From NCBI RefSeq assembly GCF_002113885.1, contig NW_018408921.1, positions 1,934,615-1,998,614 of the forward strand: a stretch of DNA of 64,000 nt. Direction: 5' to 3'. The DNA comes from Mizuhopecten yessoensis. Taxonomy: Eukaryota. A model generated the notes under the pieces. That model saw nothing but the letters and a program-made list of their open reading frames with translations, did not search any database and had not been told where the DNA came from. This document shows, piece by piece, positions 39,801-48,800 of this stretch. The stretch's first letter is position 1. The number at the start of each line of letters is the position of its first letter. The position numbers were made by a program, and so were the translations under genes.

Positions 39801-42800
39801 TGGTCCATTACACACTTTTACATTCCTCTGTAGTCGCTACAGTCATTGTGTAGCATTCGTGTAGCAATTTCACAACTCGTAAATATTTATTCACCTTGAT
39901 TATTTATGCAATTGTCTGCTTGAAGATACAAAAGGGTCTATAGACATTTTTTTTTAACAATTAAATTTTGTGTGTTTTTTTTCCCTGTGTGATTTGACAT
40001 TTTATAGTCGGAAAGTATTTAAATTTACTTTCATAATTAGCTTTTTCTGTATTTGGGTTTATTGACCGTGGTATTTGAGTTCATTACATACTGCACCTAA
40101 ATGTAATGAGTAAAACAATGGGGCGCCACTAGATTTGTGCTAAATGAATGTAGGAAACACATGCCCAATCTGATTGTACAAGGGGAACCAATTACATCAG
40201 TTCATGTAACGCCTGTCATAAATGGGATTAAAAAGGCAGACAGAAATAGCTTTTTGTGGAAGTAATATCGTCTCAATTGTACCCACTAACTGGTAGTGTT
40301 TCTTAGCTTTCATTAATTACTGTAGAGTCTGAGATTAATACTTCCCCATCTCAAAGAAATGCAAAAGAAATTTTGTTTTGTCTGGATTGATTAGTCTACG
40401 ATTCTGCTGATGTAGTTTAAGATGCTGAAGTCGTTATAAAAAATTGTATGATTTTTATACGCCCGTCAAATTTGACTGGAGTATTATGGTATGGCGTCGT
40501 CCGGCCAGGACGGCCATATGATATGAAGTTGTGTCTCCCTTAAAAGAATTTTGATTTGACAACTTTTGCAAAAGTTATTGCCCTTTGTTTATTTCAGTAT
40601 TTGATATTTGTCTGGCTACCTCCTACAATTGTCAACGAATCTCTTTGAAACTTGGTATACATTATAATCATTATATGAAGTTGTGTCTCCCCTTACAGAA
40701 TTTTGATTCAACGATTTTGGCAAAATTAATTGCCCTTTGTTCATTTCAGTATTTGAAATTTTTTTCCGGAGATTTTCTCCTACATTTTTTATAGTATGTC
40801 AGCTAACCACTCTTAGAATGATGCAGATCTTATTTCAATGTACTATATGGCATTCGACGGGGCTTATATTGTTCCGCCCTGCGGTACTCTTGTTAATTAA
40901 TGTGACTAAAATTTTGCTTTGGCAAGCATTGTTTTCTGCTTATCATTTCAGATAATAAGTGATGTTATTTAAGTAGTGAATTCCTAATTAATCTGAGTCA
41001 GAAATGTACTTCTACATAAGAAAAAATAATTTTCTAGCTTACTTTATCAAACCTAATAATTTTCCCATCTTTTAAGAACCCTGTACACATTTTTCTGGTT
41101 GAAACATCTTATCCCTTCACCATATTTTACCATACACAAAAGTATTGTCTATTATTAAGGCCTCTTTGTAGGATTTTTGAAAGATTCAGATATCATTATA
41201 GTTTTCCCAAATTACTTTGCAAACAAGAGCGCTTTTGGGATGAATATAGTATATGGATTACTAGCAATAGTTTCTCGTATAAATAAGATTCTGTAGTGTT
41301 TATTTTTTTTTATATTTTAATATAGATATTTTAATAATACTTAGTATATCTTCCCATTGTGTAGAAATAATACCTAGTATATCTTCCCGTTGTGTAGAAA
41401 TAATACCGAGTATATCTTCCCATTGGGTAGAAATAATACCTAGTATCTCTTTCCATTGTGTAGAAATAATACATAGTATATCTTTCTATTGTGTAGAAAT
41501 AATACCTATAATACTTAGTATATCTTAGAAATATGTAGAAATAATACCTAGTATATCTTTCCATTGTGTAGAAATAATACCTATAATACTTAGTATATCT
41601 TTCTATTGTGTAGAAATAATACCTAGTATATCTTCCCATTGTGTAGAAATAATACCTAGTATATCTTCCTATTGTGTAGAAATAATACCTAGTATATCTT
41701 CCTATTGTGTAGAAATAATACCTCGTATATCTTCCTATTGTGTAGAAATAATACCTAGTATATCTTCCCATCGTGTAGAAATCTTCCTATTGTGTAGAAA
41801 TAATACCTAGTATATCTTCCCATTGTGTAGAAATAATACCTAGTATATCTTTCTATTGTGTAGAAATAATACCTAGTATATCTTCCTATTGTGTGGATAG
41901 TGCTTTAATGTACCGCATACTCAGGAACACTTAATTTGTATAGCATTGGCAATTGAAAACATCCTATTATTCAGAAACGAGTTGAACTGTAGGTGACCTC
42001 AAGGTTTTCTTTCCTTTTCTATTTTCTTTTTTTCCTGTTCATGCTCGATTGCCATGGAAACAATTTAAATTCAGAGATATTTTACTTTGGCTTAGATAAC
42101 TCAAGATAATGTTACATCCGTGCATGTGATTTGGTCAAAGCTGTTTTTGTGAGGGGGATGATGGTATGAGGAGTTGTTTTGAAGTTGGAAAGTTAATAGT
42201 CTTGTAAACAGTTAATTTTACGAAGCTCATTTATTTATAGAGCAGCATTCTTTTGTTATTGTCCCTGTACCACTGCCAAAAACTATAACCATGCATTGGA
42301 CCTTTATTTTACCATTACAACTGAATCTTATGGGATAAATTCATGTATGAAACGAAACTCGTATCTTGTGGAACTTGTATGAAAAAAACCCTCACCAAAT
42401 TAATATGAGAGTGAAAACTCCCCTTAGTCAGACTGGGCCCACTACTGCCATGAAATTAACCTTCTCACCCCTAAAGGCACATTTGAACCTTACCATATCA
42501 AAGATGTGGCAAGTCCAGTTTAAAACTATAGGGGCGAATGAGTAAAACCTAATTTCAAACTAGGGTGAGATAACCCAGAAGAAAGCTGCAGTTTGGCAAT
42601 ACTTCAATTAAAAAAACCTTTGGGTCTTGTAGCCAGTCTATTTGTGATTCAACAAACTAACAATGCATTTGAATTTGTAACTACCATACTTTGTGTTGAA
42701 TGAGCAAGATACATATGGCATTTGAATTTATTTTTCCGTCCAAGCTGCCTGCATCAATAATTATGCACACAGCCTCTGAGCAAGAGAGCTTTAGTCTAAA

Positions 42801-45800
42801 AAATGGCTGATAAAACAGGATGCTTTAGAACTGGTCCTCTTCTCCTTTATAAACAGACAAAAATGTACCGCTAATGCTGGGTTGTGAGTCAGTTTGAGAT
42901 GTAACAAGGTAAAGTTGGGGTTTTAAGTAGATTTGCTGTAAATTCCCTGTGCATTTTCAGAGTAAATGTCTGCCACTACAGACTTGTTGGTGTGAGGTTC
43001 CGACTCTGAAGGCATTACGCCTTCATGCAGCTAGAGAAAAGGAGACGTGTAGCTTTGGTTGTGTGGCAGGCTGAGTCTGGTGTGCTCGACATGGTGCTTT
43101 TAAAAATGTGGCTTAGAGGTTGTGTATGTGTATGGCTGGTATAATTTAGGTTTTTAATAATAAATTATAAAAGGGTAGACACAAGTTAACTCACATATGC
43201 AGGTTTTGTTTTGCTACAACCTACTTATATTCTGGGTGTTAAATTAAGGTTAAACTGTGTTGGGTGTGTCATCTTGCCTTAAAATTGTTGCCACCCAACA
43301 CAGATTTTGCCACTTTTGTTAGCTGGTCATATGTGTGCACATGTTAATTATATAACTTCGACATATCTTGTGGCACTATTGCTGAATAGTCTGGTTTGCT
43401 AACTTGTGAAGGTATGATGCCACTGTTGCTAGGCATTCATATGTATGGTTACTTGTACAGATATGATGCCACTGTTGCTAGGCAGTAATGTATGGTTACT
43501 TGTACAGATATGATACCTCTGTTGCTAGGCATTCATGTATGGTTACTTGTAAAGATATGATACCACTGTTGCTAGGCATTCATGCATGGTTACTTGTACA
43601 GATATGATACCACTGTTGCTAGGCATTCATGTATGGTTACTTGTACAGATATGATGCCACTGTTGCTAGGCAGTCATGTATGGTTACTTGTGCATATATG
43701 ATGCCACTGTTGCTAGGCATTCATGTATGGTTACTTGTACAGATATGATACCACTGTTGCTAGGCATTCATGTATGGTTACTTGTGCAGATAGGATGCCA
43801 TTGTTGCTAGGCATTCATGTATGGTTACTTGTACAGATATGATGCCACTGTTGCTAGGCATTCGTGTATGGTTACTTGTACAGATATGATGCCATTGTTG
43901 CTAGGCAGTCATGCATGGCTACTTGTGCAGACATGATGCCACTATTGCTAGGCAGTCATACATGGTTACTTGTACAGATATGATGCCACTGTTGCTAGGC
44001 ATTCATGTATGGTTACTTGTGCAGATATGATGCCATTGTTGCTAGGAAGTCATGTATGGTTACTTGTGCAGATATGATTCCATTGTTGCTAGGCAGTCAT
44101 TTATGGTTACTTGTGCAGACATGATACCACTGTTGCTAGGGAGGCATGCATGGTTACTTGTGCAGATATGATGCCACTGTTGCTAGGCATTCATGTATGG
44201 TTACTTGTACAGATATGATGCCACTTTTGCTAGGCATGCATGCATGGTTACTTGTACAGATATGATGCCACTGTTGCTAGGCATTCGTGCATGGTTACTT
44301 GTACAGATATGATGCCATTGTTGCTAGGCAGTCATGCATGTTTACTTGTACAGATATGATGTCACTGTTGCTAGGCATTCATGTATTGTTACTTGCGGAG
44401 ATATGATGTCACTGTTGCTAGGCATTCATGCATGATTACTTGTACAGATATGATGCCACTGTTGCTAGTCATTCATGTATGGTTACTTGTGCAGATATGA
44501 TGCCACTGTTGCTAGGCATTCGTGTATGGTTACTTGTACAGATATGATGCCATTGTTGCTAGGCATTCATGCATGTTTACTTGTACAGATATGATGTCAC
44601 TGTTGCTAGGCATTCATGTATTGTTACTTGCGCAGATATGATGCCACTGTTGCTAGGCATTCATGTATGGTTACTTGTGGAGATATGATAGCACTGTTGC
44701 TAGGCATTCATGTATGGTTACTTGTATTGATATTATGCCACTGTTGCTAGGTCATCATATGTATGGTAACTTGTGCCACTAACTTGCTAGCTAGTTATGT
44801 GTGCGGAAATGTTACAAGTTTTTGTGCCACTATTGCCCAGACAACAGTTGTGTTTATGCGGCGTTTGTGTGTTATTTGGTAGTCGTAGTATGTGCACAGA
44901 CGACATGCCACCGTGGCTAGGCAGAAGTCTAGTGTGATGTACTGTAGTGCCACAGTTTGGTTGCAGCCCTCGGGAAAGCGTGTAGTGTAGTTCCTGAGGA
45001 CTGTGGGTAGTAGTTGGGTTGCAGATCAATACTTCGTTGGTTTGACAATTTGGGGTTTAAACCATACATCACATAGACTGAAGGTATGATGCCGTCAGTG
45101 CAGCTCAGCACACTCCACGCTCAGCAGACCTACGACCAAATATTGCATCACGCTATACTGCAGTGGCATATTCTTTGAGTGAAAATAAAATCTCAATGCA
45201 ACAAGATAGCGTGGTGTTCCTTGTTGAATCATCTATTGACCCTGTACCCCCCCCTCAACCCCCACAATCCAACTTAATATTGTGTAATATTTTACTGTAC
45301 ACTTTTAATACATAGAATGGTTGGTAGACAATTGTACCATTTCAATTTACTTGGAGCAGTGGCTACTGATTAGGTCTAATGAGATTTATTTTCTAGGTAC
45401 TTGGATAAGATTTTAGCTAGCCAGAATCTAAGAAGGTTTTGTAATGGGTCAAGAGTAATAGGCTGTATGTAAAAGGACTGTGTACTTGGTCAGTAGCTTA
45501 GTTGAGTCTTCATAGATCTTCTTTACCATGATCAGTGGCTACCATACAGTGTCGAGAGGTCTGTAGCTAAATTGAGTCTAGATAGTTCATTGTAACGGTC
45601 AGTGGCTAGACCATACAAAGAGGTCTGTCTGGGGAGGTCAGAAACTACATGTACGCTGAGTCTGAAGTAGCCTGCCCATCCATATGAGTTGATGGCAGAT
45701 AAATTTGGTCTACGAGGTCAAAAGCTAGACTGATTAATAGACAAGGCTTGTCCGCTAAACTAGGGGTGAAGTAAGTGCAAAAATAATCACTTCTGACCCC

Positions 45801-48800
45801 TATTAAAACCAAACTGTCAGTATTGTTTAACCATTGAGTCATACATAGTAGCTCACATACTTATACTTTAGAAAGGAGTCTTGACATTATCATTCATTGA
45901 CAGAGTTGTTCTACAAATGTGAAAGAACGCCAACCTTTAATTAATGGGAGATGTAGCTGGCGGCAGCCATTGAAATTCCCCCTTACATCTGCACAGTGCC
46001 AGTTAACCAGTCCCAGCAGGCAGTTCCAACAGCTGCAGCAACAGCTAATCCTGTCTGATCTACAGATAAAGCCTGGCTCCAAAGCTCCATGTAGACTTCG
46101 TTTCTCAGCATTGTAAGCCCAACTTATATGAGAAAAAATATATTTGAACAATTTGCTATTAACATATTTACTATATGCTGTACATCTTGGTCTAGCAGTT
46201 TGATTCAACTAGCATCTACCAGTTTGTTTGGTTATATTTTTCTCTATTCTATTTATTGGTATTTGATATTAATACATATGGAAGTATGGTGAAGTTGTCC
46301 ATCTGCAGAAAATCTTGGACAAATTTGTCAGCTGTCATGTACTTTGGAAGTTGATGGTATGGGAAATGGGGACCAATATTGTGGTATAACCTGCCAAAGT
46401 GAAATAGTAAAGTGAAAAAGTAATTTCACTTTCTGAATTCGTAAGTCTTCAAAAAAAAAAAAGTCATTTCAGTATCTGCGTTTGTAAGTCTGCAAAAGCA
46501 AAAAATCTCTATTCACTCTATGAATTAATGTCAATATGCCTCGTCAAAACTTGGAGGGGGTATAATTATATACAACGCTGTCAAAACCACAGGAAAAAAT
46601 CTATAGGTGTAATTGTTTTGTCGAACTGTGTGTATGTTTAGACTTGGAGGCGAAATCTGGCATCTGCTGGCAACAGGCTGCATGTTGATCTTGTGTAGGA
46701 CATGATCATGTCTATTCGGTAATTGTTTCCGCAGGAGACATGTTCGTAATCAAATTACGTCCTTGCTTGCCCTTCATCACATTCTCTGCTGATCCTTTAA
46801 TCAAAATCTTGAAGCAATCAATGTGAAATAAAATAAATTCGTTGCTTTAGAACAACTTGACTTCTATATTTTGGGGACAAGACATTTGTTAAGGTAGTAT
46901 CTTTTAAAAAAATTGAAAAATTATATTGTATAACATTGTAAATTCTGTTGCTGTTTTTTGTCCCTCCTTATGTGTAAGAAATAGATAGGCATGTTGTTAG
47001 AAATGTGTTGTTAAATGCAGTATAAAAATCCCCATGTTTTCCTTGTTGATATTTCTGTATTTTGTTATTTCGTAAATCGTGTCACTTTCACACCCAAGTG
47101 TGAAGAGTTTCACACATAACTACACAACATTTTCTGTGTCCCCAGTAATTTCCCCATGTTTCAACTGTCTTTGTTACGTTTCGCTTCACTCTTTATTTAA
47201 ATCATTCCTTTGTGCTGGGCATGACCTCCACCGATTCCTCGACCCTGAATTGTAAACCTTATAGTATTACATAGGACTCGGATGGGTGGGTTGGGTTCAC
47301 TGCCCGTTGTGCAAACTCGGTTAATGGGAATTTTAAATTAGGGTGTAGAAGGGTTTCTTTGAGGTAAATGGGTAGACTGTAGTTGTGGATTCAATCTCTT
47401 GCCGGCTGCACTAAGGGTACTACCGGTGATGGTAGTGGAAGGGAAGGGGAGGGGTAGGGGAGGGGGTACTGTAGGTGTGGCACGCTGGTGTAGAAGTCAG
47501 GATCTATCAGTACACAAAGGTCATATTTACTTTGTACATGAGAAGCCAGGTCATAAAGCAATAGAGATGTTTCTAGTTAGTTAAGTGGAACTCCCCTTAC
47601 ATCTACATTCAACATTAGTATTTCTAACAGGAATTTCCAATTTCATAATATACTAGGTAGGATTATCTTAGAAGGTGATATCTTTGAATACATAGTACTT
47701 TCGAATACATAGAACTTTCGAAAGAAGGTATTTCATGATATTTTGTGCATGTTCTTATACTGAGTATATTGAATACAAAGAACTTTTGAAAAAAGGTATT
47801 TCATGATATTTTGCGCGTGTTCTTATACTGGATATATTGAATACATAGAACTTTTGAAAGGAGGTATTTTATGATATATTGTGCTTGTTCATATACTAGG
47901 TATATATCTCTTAGAAGGTGATAACTTTGAATACATAGTACTTAAAAATAAGGTGTCAAATCGATTTAAAAAAAAATATTTCAGATGTTAAAATCATTGT
48001 GTAAACTAGATTCACTGTTGTATGGTCCGGATCCAGGTGCTTTGAAGTACTACTCTGCTTTATTGATATAAGTTACGGTAGAGAGAAAAAACGGACACAG
48101 GTTCTTGTTATATTTTGTAATATAAATACAATTACATATGTGTGATGTTAAAACACGTAATACATACATGTACATTCTGCTTTACATCTTCTTGGGTATT
48201 CTAGGTCATTAGGGTTAAACAGTAGGCAGATAGGTTGTTTTAAAGATAACCGGTAAAATATTTATGATCAGTTGTTTTGTCTTCATCTCTTCAGAGTGCA
48301 TTACATTTTTGATTTTCTATCGATTTAGCTTTCAGTAATTTTCCCATTATCATTGGGCACTAGCTACGTTATTTATTATTTATTTATTATTTACCAGTCT
48401 TACATGTGTCTGGATCATGGCCACTGGTACTGTAATGTAGTATCACCTTTCAATAATTTTATTACCACCAGGCCTCCCATTTCATTCATTATTAAACGTT
48501 CCCATGTTTTGTTTTTAGCTGGTTTAAAGAGGTCGGTGTGGGGATACTAGAGTACATTCAAACATGTGTTTATTGTGATTTTGCCAGTACGAAATATGCA
48601 GTCTTGATTTTTGTACAAATATTAATCTTAGTTTAACAAATTGTTTCCTTTTATCAATGGCATTACATGATGTGCAAATACAGTTTATAGCACTATCGCA
48701 TGATGTCAACATCTCCTGTTTGTGAATTCATTTTTTCAAACTATTGAAGCAGTTAATATTATATTGCTGGGATCAACGGCACATCTCCAGTTACATTAAC

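Noticed and set aside
41331-41771. 146-aa Tyr/Arg-rich ORF on the minus strand
   Set aside because: It is the translation of a 33-bp minisatellite that lacks stops in one frame; no splice or promoter support.
45919-46116. Gln-rich short ORF as an extra SKI exon
   Set aside because: No clear acceptor/donor pair was found, and exons 6 and 7 already join in phase with a continuous coiled coil.
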